DNA of 48,642 bases, counting the filler, from Sphacelaria rigidula (taxonomy: Eukaryota), in assembly GCA_964200075.2 (NCBI GenBank). It is 3 parts of 3 records of this genome, joined end to end, with 100 filler letters (N's around TTAATTAATTAA, not from the genome) between each part and the next. Parts side by side here need not be neighbours in the genome. Positions count along the whole stretch, not along the records: positions 16,249 to 32,395 come from CAXNAA020001463.1; positions 32,496 to 48,642 come from CAXNAA020001464.1; 1 more part is not named here. One strand, 5' to 3'. The notes under the pieces are model-generated. The model was given only the letters and a program-made list of their open reading frames with translations. It was not told the DNA's origin and did no database searches. The translations under genes were made by a program, and so were the position numbers. Numbering within the stretch: position 1 is the stretch's first letter; the number at the start of each line of letters is the position of its first letter. Below are positions 25,601-36,108 of this stretch, piece by piece.

Positions 25601-28600
25601 CGCGCATGTGTGTTGCCGTTCTCTCAGTTTCGGACGCCAGTTTACACCTTTTGGTAGATTTGGGCGCATCAGCCGGGGTAACATAGGAGGAAGACCAACA
25701 CAAAGTGTTTTTGTTTGTTTAGTTCTCCACCTTCCTTCTGCGGTGCTTGCTTTTAAACGCGAGAGGGGTTCAGCGGTCGCGTTTCCTCGTCGACCGTGAC
25801 GTCAAATTTTGTGGACCTACGACCCTGTCGCTCTCCACTGCTTCGCATGGTGTGACAAAAAAGGATCGTGTGACCTCACCGAGATTCGAATTCACTACTC
25901 GACGGTCAGAAGGTTTCGAGGTTATCAACTGAGCCACCGGGGCGACCGGTTACTGAGGCAAGTAATATTGTAACCTGCACTCAAGGAGGCACGTATAATA
26001 GCCGGTGCCCATGCTGAAGTGGCAACGGGCAGTGTTTGCCACTGTTTCGGTGAGGTTTCCCTCAGCCGAGAGTGAACCAGTGCTTTGTTCTCAGATCCTG
26101 CAACAAGCGGTTTCCTGCTGCCCTTTGTACTAGCGTGTGGGACACAGAAACACACTTCATCCGCGCCACAGATGGTTGAAAACATACTTCGCGCTGTCGA
26201 GTGAGAGTTACTGGTCCAGATAGCGATTGGTCAAAGACATGCGACCGACTCTGCTGCCTTCACCCAAATGGTCATCGGCGTTCACAATCTGGTTTATTAC
26301 TCTAGTGTCGCTATGGTGCACTTCGGAGCGAATCACGTAGAATTTTCACTGTTAGAATGGTCGGGACGAAGATAAGTTCGTGTGCGCTCGCTATGAGCAA
26401 CCCAAGAAAACCACTGAGACGGTTGCATGTGCTGCTTGGCAAACATTGCTTCAGTACACGTTCGTGCGGACCTTGTATCACCAGGTGTTCCAGACCTTCG
26501 CTTGTCAGCCCTTGCCAGAGATAGACAAGGCCTTCCTGCTGGCAGATTTGAGGATCGAGTGCGATACGCCGGAACATCGTTTCTACAAGGCGTATTCGGC
26601 CGTGATGATAATACTCTGTAAGTGCGTCTAGAGTGCCTGGTATTTTTCATGAGACCTTGTTGTTTGTTAGGGATCACATGTACACTGTGGATGATGCCGC
26701 GTAGCCGCTGGAAGGTATCCATGTCTCTGTGTGTGCGTCGATGCCAAAATGAGCATGATTACAGGCTTTCATAATTACCGCAAGGTTGAGTAGCACGGTC
26801 TTAATAGAAACTGAGGTGATACATATATCATTACGGCTGCGAGAAGTACTCCCGTGGGGTAACACCGTACGTGGAGTGGGAAATGACAACTATGACCCGT
26901 ACGGCCCAGTCAAATGAAGCCACTGACGGATCACGTCCAGTGGCAATAGAATGTGTTATAAATGAGCTGCGGTGACCTCGCGATGCCGTCTGGAAGTCTG
27001 AAGGATCGACACGACCGTTATGAATCTATGGTCGTAAAGCATATGGTAAACTTACCCATACCATTCTTGCGATGGTAATCAGTGGTGTCGATGGATTGAG
27101 TTGCGTAGAGCTGGGCAGAGACATGAATGACATATGCAGGTACACCTCTTGTATGTCGACTGTGGAGTAGTTATAGACAGGCTGTTTGAACTAGAAATCA
27201 TGAAAACCAAGTCCTTGTGAGGGGATAAGGGCTCCTTGGGTACCTTTTCACGTTCATTTTAATGCCGAACGGCAAGTGTTTGCGCTATACGGCTGTTTTC
27301 AGCATCAACACAGACACCCTCAGCATTCCGGGTAGCGGGGAAAGAGCGTGTCTTGGAGCCCATTTTGAACGTCCTGAAAGAACAGTGTGCTACGATCAGA
27401 GGCGCTCTGTTCTCCAGCTTACTTCATTTGACGAGCATATTCCTACCCGTTTGGGGCTGATTCCCGGAAAATAAATTGGAACCTGTGACCTGGAAGTCCA
27501 CATTACACGGGCAGAACACCCAGTCGCGGATAGCTATTGTATGGATCATTCGTTGGATTCTCAGGGCTACTCTAAACGAAAGGTGGCCCTAGCTTCAACC
27601 CGGTGGTGATCTGACCTCGATATTTTGGCATGATCCGAATTTCAAGAGACAGAAAGTTCAGTTAGATATGTCCACGTGGCTCTTGAACCTTGGCAAGGGC
27701 CACCTGCGACAAAGTTGCGACGGCAGCTTTTCATCGTACCAATGCTTGTACGAGTATTTCTACTCTTGACTGCTGCAGTTCCGGTGTAGTATCATCAGCA
27801 CGTTTGCTGCTACAGGTATATCTACTCTCAAATAGAGCAAAATTGCCGTTACACCTTGTAACTCACGGAAACCATTAATGTACCTCCTCCCTCCCGTTCG
27901 TGCTTTCATTTCCATATTCTGGATACATCAGATCCCCTGGGAATCCCCGTCGCATTCTTGCATTTCCTGACGAGGCAGGGGTCTAGAATCAACCCACCAG
28001 TCGACATGAGCGAGTCGGGGAGAGATGCCCTGGTGAGTCAGTCCATCGCGGCGCCTCGTTGCTTTGCTCTCGTCTTCGAAATGCATGTGATATTCCCAGC
28101 TGCTTGCGCCAAGCAGGAAAAATGATGCGCCCTTCCCCCCGGTCCCAACCCCTCGTGCCCTCCCCACTCCTTCTACTCACGGTGCTTTCATACTTTTCAG
28201 CACGAGAAAATGGAAAAGCGCCTGGCCGATCAGTCTGTGGCTCCCACTTCGTTCCTGTGGTTGCCATACTTTCCCGAACGATATTACTATGAGGTCAGTC
28301 CGAAGTATTCTGAAAGTTGTGTCTCTCACCTGGTACTTGAAGACAGCTTTGCGTTTTCATTCGACAATTTTCCCTCTGTTGTAGTTTTGGTCGAGTCTGT
28401 GGTGGTATGGTTTTCAAACCTGCGTCTACTATTCATCCAGCTGTGAAGTAATTTTTATTTTGATTCCCGATGTTTACCGCAGTGTTATCAACCGTCGCTG
28501 CGCCAATAACAGTCGTTGGCATGCAAACTCGACGACGTTTTGCGTGCCACCGCCCATCACAGTGAACATTTGATCCGAAAATTTGAGGATCGGGAGACAC

Positions 28601-30885
28601 TAGCATTTAAAGTCACATTCCGAAAAGGAAACACTTTCCGCACTCAATATTGAACGGTATACGGGGTGACCGGTTCTCGGGGGTATTGCGACTACACAGC
28701 CCGAGGTTCTGACGCTTCGGCATATCAGCGCGATTGGATCAACCCCGATCGTTCTCGTGAACGAGTGAAAACATTTGTTTTATGAAATTCTACTCCTTCG
28801 TTACGCTAGAGCCGAAAACCTGTTCCTTAGTCCAATAACGGTGAACAGGACCCTCCTAATGGGCGAGACCAGGGCCCCGTATCGCTCCCACAACGCCAAC
28901 TTCGGGATTGTGTCCTGAGCACACGACCTGTTTATTTCCTCAATACCTAACGACTCAAGCACTTTCGAGTACTGAGGAATAAAATGGGAAAGAAAATTGA
29001 AAATACTTGATGACGAAATTCGCCCAGAGTGCACGGGCACTACTGGATCTATTTTAGTTTCCTCTGAGGCTGGAAATATCTTTCTTTCACTTCTGCCCCG
29101 GTGACGATTCCTTGTTGTGCCAGAGGGAAAGGGCAACAAATACCATCGCTGAAACTAATCATAAGCTGGAGTGAAAACATTCCGCCAGTCTACAGGAATG
29201 GTGAGGAAGTGTGCGGCGGGTATCGTACACGGTATGCACAGTATTTCGAGATGTGTAGTGTCAAACCATGTAGAACGTCAAGTCGCTATGATTCAAGCAC
29301 CGCATCGCTCGGAATCGTAAGCTTTTTTAATCACGGCACCCTCCAGGTGTACTGTATAAGGCTCACTGTCATCGAATGCGACTGACAGGTGTGCGAATGC
29401 ATCAGGCGTTTGCTGTTGACGGGGATCCTGGTGTTTGTGGCACCCTACACGACGGGTCAGGTGGCGGTCAGCTGCATGTTCGCCTTCGGGAGGTATGATA
29501 CATCAAAATGGACCCCACTTCGTTCATTTTCTATACTGCTGTGTTCTCCTCTCGAACAGTTTTAACTTGGTGCTTTCCATAATTTTCTGTAACATGCAGA
29601 TTTTCGAATTTGAACTTTGGACATTGTCAGCTTAACCAGCCATGTAACGACAATCTCAAGATTGAGCGAATGATATTGCCAGTGCAGAACTATTGAGTTG
29701 GTCATTCTGGGGTTGAAACTGTCAGGGGAGTTCCTTGTATTCATTGGAAGCAAGCGGGTGCGCAGAAAGTGACCGTGCACATGCGTTGCGGCACTACTAC
29801 GCAGTCGTCAGTGCATGCCGAAAGACTACGATGGTATCTAATCATCTTCGATCCCCTAACTTTCGTTCTTGATTGATGAAAACATTCTGGTAAATGCTTT
29901 CGCAGTAGTTCGGCTTCCACAAATCCAAGAATTTCACCTCTGACAATTGAATTGGGACGAAATTGAGCAAGTATGGTGAGGATTACGTTGAGTTTGCATG
30001 ACACCTGGGACCTTTGACATATTTTTTGAAAACAATATATTGATATGCTGTCTCCAACTGTTGCTCGATCGACAGCCTTCTATGCTTCGAGTATCTGCAG
30101 CCTTTGGTGGATCCGGTGGACGCCCAGCTGTACCGGGCGGGATGCTTGGTGATATTCATGTCCAACTTCTTCGCTTTGATGATCAAGGCTCAAGTTTCCG
30201 ATCCGTACTCCGCCAGCAGCACCTTCTACGCTGTGGCACTCATAGTAGTCCACACCACACTGTTCCTGTGCATTTGGTGGAACGCTTGGGCAGCTGCTGT
30301 GGCAGTTTTCAACCGCAAAAATACGCAGGTACCTGAGTGAACTCTGTGGGACTTTGTTTACCACGCGGAACACTAACACCGTTCCGATTTGGGACATTGA
30401 CGAGCTTGTCGTTTCAAGACCCCCTCGGGCACGTGTCGATGTGGATTGAGATGGCAGCTAACAAGTGGAACCGAACTTCCTTTGCGTCGAAACACTGTAC
30501 TTGACATTTTTTCGCGACACATGCTGATGTGAAGAGTCGAACGATATGTGTCCCATATTCTATATGACGTCTGCCGCTGCCACAGGACGTCTTGCTTGGA
30601 TTCGAAATTTTTGGCGTACAAGAACACGGCGACGCCTCCGGGAAGGCAAACACAAAAGACTTGGAGACGCTCGAGGCTGCCCCTGCGTGGGAGAGGAACG
30701 ATGTTTCAACGCTATCTGGGATCAACTCGGTGACAAGGGTCATTTCAACACGGAGCCGCATCTCGCAACACAAAACTCCTGCAACGATGAGCGTGCGTGA
30801 GCGTAGGTTGACGTATACCGGCGAAGGAGAACGGGTTGAGCATAGTGCGGGAATCCAGCAATCCCCGTGTTATCAACCGTTTTGA
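17819..30885 (+). CDS. 5'-incomplete multi-pass membrane protein: Cys-rich extracellular stalk plus ~9 TM helices (stramenopile receptor/TRP-C-terminal-like family). 15 exons: 17819-17888, 18197-18345, 19831-19994, 20831-21525, 21967-21989, 22753-22892, 23297-23503, 24456-24678, 25120-25203, 26485-26617, 27932-28032, 28201-28293, 29389-29492, 30076-30328, 30586-30885 (912 aa visible)
   Basis: All 14 introns are GT-AG and phase-compatible (2739 nt spliced). Motifs: DACEGG..YCAHGYTGPFCAVCQAGYG..CHRC, KLKIVIVVWQI, VPFPPVY..FDLGWIFSASC..NFYHKLLIVTIGP, VFQTFAC..FLLADLRIECDT, YPLGIP, FLWLPY..YYYEVCECIRRLLLTG. No start codon or signal-peptide exon was identified between the linker and 17819. Confidence 0.85.
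19180..19189. other. Small assembly gap (10 N) next to poly-C/poly-G tracts
   Basis: Run of 10 N, followed by homopolymer-rich sequence. Confidence 0.9.
20159..20585. mobile_element. Intronic MITE, PIF/Harbinger (Tourist)-like termini
   Basis: TIR GGCCTTTGCTCCGTAGG (20159-20175) versus CCTACGGAGTAAAGGCC (20569-20585), 16/17 match; TAA on the right flank, left flank GGA does not give a perfect TSD. Confidence 0.65.
25532..25605. repeat. (TG)~30(CG)~7 microsatellite
   Basis: Directly visible alternating purine-pyrimidine tract. Confidence 0.95.
25532..25950 (-). mobile_element. tRNA-derived SINE, family A copy 2, with long (CA)n tail; intronic and antisense to the host gene
   Basis: Minus-strand head CCCCGGTGGCTCAGTTGATAA...GAATTCGAATCTC (A/B boxes); body homologous to 15013-15357; ends in a ~30-unit (TG) tract on the plus strand. 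Confidence 0.75.
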
Positions 30886-31360
30886 CTTCCACGTGTTACT
30901 TTGGAGAACATGAGCGCCCTCGAACGTTATTTTGCGCTCCCGGGCAACGAGGTCACACTTTTCGGTAGCCAGCAAGCGCTTTTGTTTTGTTGTGCCAGCC
31001 AGGAGCAATTACTCTGCAGGATGCTTCCGGTGTGCTCTTCGCTATATCCTTGAGTGCGCCGACAGTGCTGACGTGGAAGTAAGACCCGGAAAATGGAAGA
31101 ATCGTTTGTTGGTTTTCGGGCAAAGCTTGAGAAATGGGCGTCTGAATTTGCTAGTGCGTATTAGAGCCTCCCCTCCCTTCCCTACTAGGCCGCCAATGCA
31201 GCAAGTGTCAACTTTTATACGCCACGTCATCCGAAGTTTGTCCCCTTAGTCGACGACGATTCGATGTACACAAGCGGCAGCTGAAGGAGTGGAGCTTGCC
31301 GGAGTTTTCAGCCAATAGTTTCCATTCGGAAAAAAACAGTAGACAAATAAAAAAAGAGAG

Positions 31361-31730
31361 ATGAGGTTTGAGCTCAAAACAGTGCTTTCTCCACGCTTTC
31401 AGCAACGGTGCCAAATAACATTTTTGTCGGCCTAATACCCCTCGAGTGCGTAGATACTTTGTCAGCGCATTTAGTCGACGCTGCGAGCTTACAGCCCTGA
31501 GTGAAGCCCTCCTCCGATACCACCCCCTCCCCCCCCTCCCTCAAAATCAGGGAAAATGGCGGTTTCTGTCAGCGGTGTGAGCTCACCAAGTCGATAAAAT
31601 GCGCTGACAAAGTATCTACGCGATCGAGGGGCATTAGGCCGACAAAGGAGGTCGCTGGGCATCATCGCTGAAAGTTTGAAGAAAGCGTTGTCTCGGGCTG
31701 GAACCTCATTTTAGTGTACAACCTCATTTT
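31361..31730. mobile_element. Foldback / long-TIR MITE (large imperfect palindrome)
   Basis: TTTGTCGGCCTAATACCCCTCGAGTGCGTAGATACTTTGTCAGCGCATTT (from 31423) pairs with AAATGCGCTGACAAAGTATCTACGCGATCGAGGGGCATTAGGCCGACAAA (to 31646); arms extend imperfectly out to ATGAGGTT (31361) and AACCTCAT (~31709). A related doubled AAATGAGGTT motif recurs at ~44296-44327. Confidence 0.75.
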
Positions 31731-31749
31731 ACAGAATGTCTGTTGAACG

Positions 31750-32395
31750 TCATTTAGGGGCAAGGAGCGGAGTGTTCCGTTCATTTCTGAACCCAAAGGA
31801 GAAGTGGGAGTATGTTTCAGTAACACTAGAGAGCAAGTGTGACTAGTATCTTGCCGCGTTCGAAGTTCGATGTGGACATGTGTATTCAACGTTCACCTGC
31901 AATATTAAGCGCTTCTACATTTGTAACGAGCCTGTAGCAATAGCGCAATCTTAGTAGCCCTGCTCATGTGCGCGTGAGCACGACTCTCCAGTAGTGTTGT
32001 GTTATGTACTTTCTAGCATTCAGTCAAGCACGGTTGTGTCGCCGAATTTACACATGCTGTCGCCCCGACCTGTTGTCCCTATGGACGCACAGGTCGGAGA
32101 ATTGTTTCTATTTCTCATTTAGGGGCAAGGAGCGGAGTATTCCGTTCATTTCTGAACCCAAAGGAGAAGTTGGAGTATGTTTCTGTAACACTAGAGAGCA
32201 AGTGGTATCTTGCCGCGTTCGAAGTTCGATGTGGACAGGTGTATTCAACGTTCACCTGCAATATTCAACGCTTCTACATTTGTAACGAGCCTGTAGCAAT
32301 AGCGCAATCTTAGTAGCCCTGCTCATGTGCGCGTGAGCACGACTCTCCAGTAGTGTTGTGTTATGTACTTTCTAGCATTCAGTCAAGCACGGTTG
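31750..32395. repeat. Near-identical tandem duplication, ~365-bp period, running into the contig end
   Basis: TCATTTAGGGGCAAGGAGCGGAGT... starts at 31750 and again at 32115; few substitutions and one small indel; second copy is cut by the gap. Confidence 0.9.
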
Positions 32396-32495
32396 NNNNN
32401 NNNNNNNNNNNNNNNNNNNNNNNNNNNNNNNNNNNNNNNTTAATTAATTAANNNNNNNNNNNNNNNNNNNNNNNNNNNNNNNNNNNNNNNNNNNN
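32396..32495. other. Artificial contig linker (N44-TTAATTAATTAA-N44)
   Basis: Same 100-nt structure as 16149-16248; linker at 32440-32451. Confidence 0.95.
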
Positions 32496-32611
32496 AGAAA
32501 AAGCTCCTGTGTTGACCTTCCTCCTTTGTGGCCCCGGCTGATGCGCCCACATATCCCGAAAGGAGTAGACTGGCGTCCAGAATAAATGGGACGACAACAA
32601 CATAAACACAC
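32496..32611 (+). mobile_element. 3' end of SINE family A (copy 3) abutting the Gypsy gag 5' region
   Basis: GTTGACCTTCCTCCTTTGTGGCCCCGGCTGATGCGCCCAC...GTAGACTGGCGTCCAGAATAAATGGGACGAC is the reverse complement of the left ends of copies 1 and 2; short CAA/CA tail. Confidence 0.7.
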
Positions 32612-33082
32612 ATCAGTTACCCCTTCGGCGGCAACGACCCCTACTTCGGCTTCTCCTTCCGCCGCTAAGCGCGCCATTACGGCACCCTCGGCCGCCGGGA
32701 AGGCTGCCCCATTGGTGACGACCGCCCCTGCCGCCACCACAACCGCTGTCTCTTCTGAGACCACCGTGCCTGCGTCAGCACTCACGACCGCTCGCGGCGG
32801 CCAGACCGCGACGCCCTCCACGGCCAACGGTCCCCCGCAGCCGCGACTTTCGGCGAAGTTTTGCCCCACGGGGTACCTCCCGTGCCTCTTTCCAGAGCAT
32901 GATAGAGTCCGGCAAGACGAGATCATCGCTCTGAATCGAGCTGCCCCCCCGGGGCCGGCCATGCCGACCCAGCCGGCACCAATGGGGCAGCAATCCCGGC
33001 GGCCGAGGGTGCCATAATGGCGCGCTTGGCGGCGGAAGGAGAAGCCGAAGTAGTGGTCGTTGCCGCCGAAGAAGTAACTGAT
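32612..33082. repeat. 106-bp inverted repeat (arms 32612-32717 and 32977-33082)
   Basis: Manual alignment gives 7 mismatches in 106 bp and no gaps; spacer 259 bp. Confidence 0.92.
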
Positions 33083-33114
33083 CTCTGTTTGGTCGACATG
33101 ATCTGTAGAAGGGA

Positions 33115-35459
33115 GTGTTGTACGTCCGACACCTGCAGTTGAAGCGTACGGATAGTGACGGTATCGACAGCGGTGCGGGATGGGACATCGCGGTTAGATC
33201 GTGCTCGTGTTCGATGACGCCGGGGTGCACGAAAGAAATTGTCACTAGCTTTTTCAATGCCGCCCCTGCAGCCACCCCCGACCTTTCTCTCGCTCCGCAT
33301 GAGGCCACCTGGCTAGTGCACACGGTTCGGGACTTCTCTGGGGAATTTCCCACCGAGAACCCCCTGCAGAGCTCGCGGACTGCCTGGGACGCCATCCACT
33401 ACAGCGCTCTGGTCGCGTTAGGTCTCTACATCGACCAGGGCGGGCCACTCCCGGTTAAGGACCCCCATGACCTCACTCTCGCCCAGCTGGTGGACCATGC
33501 CACTACGGGTCCCAACAGCGGCGCCGGCGTATACGAGAGGGCGGCCCATAACCTTTTACAGGCTCTCCGGAACGCCTTTCAGTTCGGCACTTCTGCGGAC
33601 GACGACCACGACGATGACGATGATGGATGGACTCCGGTCACCGCCAACTGCCGCCCGCCTAAAGGCAACTACGATCATGATGATCGTGAAGGTGGCGGAC
33701 GAGGCGGCCGCCGTGACGGCTCCAGGTCCAGCGGGGGAGGACGTCGAAGCGCCAACAGCCGGCGGACGAACCGTGCTGCCCAGCATGCAAATTGGACGCG
33801 CCCGGGCTCGGGCTCGTCGGACAGTTCTTCTCGAAGACCTCGAAACCGAGACGGGTCGTCAACGGACGACACTCCGGTGGAGTCCATCAACGTTAGGCAA
33901 GACACCCCTCGTTTTGCTGAGGTTTCCTGCGAGATATTTGGTTTGTCTGACACGGATAATAAAGATCGACCTTTGTCTTCAGCCTCGGTCCGCGCTTCAG
34001 CAGCCGCCGCTGTTAGCCAAGCACAGACTGCAACACGCGAGGCTGCAGCAGCTGCCAAAGTTGAAGCTTCTCGCGTGACTGCCATACAGAGAGAGTACGT
34101 ACAGATGGATGTCAAGAAATTATGGCATATTAACGCCATGCCTGCAGCAGACAATGAGGACTGTGGACAGTTTACGTCGAGTTTTATTCAATCCATCCGC
34201 CGTACTGTACGCAATATTCTGCAATTAGCGGATCGCACGGGTGCTCAGCGGTTTGACGATGCTGATTGGGTCAATGGTTGGCATACACCATTACATAAGG
34301 CCCTACACCGCGCCATCTCTCGCCGCTCGCCAGACCGTGCCTCTTCACTGACGCAGATCATCGACGGATTCATCACGGCGATGGATTCGGACCGTGCCTC
34401 GGGGCGAGCTGGCTCAGCAATACTCAGTAATCTGGAGCGGCGCTTGACCCGTTACTTTGATCGGAGCACACAGTGTAGCTCCATACAACGCTTAAGCTCG
34501 TTTGGGGTAGCCACCAACGTTAGTGTCGCCGACTACCTTCGGCAGTTTAAGTTGTTGGTTTTCAGCACCTTGGGAACTGGCCGCCAGAGCGGGCCTTCCG
34601 ATTCTATGTGTCAGTCATATGTCCGTACGAGCGTCTCCGAGCAGTTTCCGGCATTGATGCCGCCGTTGTTTCCGGGTGCCTTAGCACATCGCGAGGTGCC
34701 TTACGCCTCTGTTGATGCAATGTGGACGGCTTTCGTCCACCAAGAAAGCAACCTCACTCCCGCCATTCGGGGGGACAAACATTCATCTTCGCGTTCACAG
34801 CCTGCCGCTGTCTCCTTCGCGAACACCTACGGGTCTCGCGGACGGAACCCGAGTTCACCTCGCAGTACATGGACCCCCGACTCTGTCGCCGGTTCAGTAA
34901 TGAATGTTACTGTAAAAGAAACAAAGACCCTCTCCGCGCGAGCTTTGACGGCTGGCCGTACAGTGCCGATACATGGGACGATGTTTATTTGACTTCTACG
35001 ACAGCTTTTGACACAGATGACCCCCATTTGTGGAACCCGCTTCTGTCTTGTTCGGCTAGACAAGACGCTTTTGATCGCCACGCCAACAGCTGTATCAATT
35101 GCAAAGCACACGGCCACAGCATTCGCAATTGCATCAAATCATGCATCAACGCGTGCGACTTCATGAACTCTGAACTACAGGACAATGAACCCGCGTGGCG
35201 CCGCTGGCAAAAACGAATGCGCGATTATCGTGCTCCGAGTGGTAATAATCGTAGCCATTCGAACAACCGCGGCAACAACCGCTCTAATCGCACGCGCCGG
35301 CAAAACACCAACCACGGTTCCGGCACTCGTCAACAAGATCATACATCTCGCGCCAATAATTTCTCCGCTGATAGACATCAGCGGACGGGACCGACACATA
35401 GCTCGAACCCCAACACCAGAAACCCTGGTACGTTCACTTCGGATCGCTTAGACCCATGA
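33115..35459 (+). pseudogene. gag: Gypsy gag-like ORF with CX2CX4HX4C zinc knuckle, frameshifted near 34915
   Basis: 625-aa ORF continues in a second frame (34722-35459) containing CINCKAHGHSIRNC and an R/N-rich basic tail; lies directly upstream of pol. Confidence 0.75.
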
Positions 35460-35877
35460 CGCAACAACCCCGGCGTTTTCAAGTCTTCGGCGCCGCTGAC
35501 AGCACTTTCGAAGATTTTTTCAACGCTGCCCGGGGAGTCCGTGACCCAGATTGTTCACCCGACTCCCCCGGCATTATACAGGAGCGCAACTGACGGCCGT
35601 TCAATTCGACCCCCGTCTCCAACCTCCGACTAATGCCGAGATAGCCCCCCCACAAAAAGTGCACCGCCGCCATCCAACAAACCGGCTGCGATCCTACTAT
35701 TGGGCTCGTTTTCAACAATTGCGCTCAGATGAAAGGCGTGTAGCAGTCCAGAATCAGCTCAGACGCCCAAATGAGTCGCGTCGTGCAGCACGAAACCAGC
35801 TCTGACGGCATTTATCACCATCGCCTCCATGCACGTTTTTAGCCGGTTCGGGGGGGGGGGGCTATCTCGGCAGCAGT

Positions 35878-36108
35878 CCTCCACATACTTTGCAACACAG
35901 CCCGCAGAGCCCGCGACAAAGAGTGTTCACCCGGCTCCCCCGGCACTATACAGGAGCGCAACTGACGGCCGTTCGATTCGACCCCCATCTGAGACCTCCA
36001 TACATTTTGCAACACAGCCCGCAGAGCCCGTGACTAATAGTGTTCGCCCGGCTCCCCCGGCACTATACAGGAGCGCAACCGACGGCCGTTCATTTCGACC
36101 CCCGTCTT
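35878..36108 (+). repeat. 117-bp tandem repeat (2 copies, plus a diverged partial copy at ~35535-35620) in the pol N-terminal region
   Basis: CCTCCA(C/T)A..TTTGCAACACAGCCCGCAGAGCCCG...ATTCGACCCCC starts at 35878 and 35995; period is divisible by 3. Confidence 0.85.

Noticed and set aside
25353..25799. ORFs with poly(HT) or poly(CV)
   Set aside because: Translation artefacts of the (TG)n microsatellite.
25860..25950. Functional tRNA gene (also 15280-15357 and 48285-48350)
   Set aside because: A/B-box-like motifs are present but acceptor stems do not pair, and the first two are attached to a shared repeat body, so these are SINE heads or pseudogenes.
32496..32611. 5' LTR of the Gypsy element
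   Set aside because: No similarity to 42946-43424; matches the SINE family A 3' end instead.
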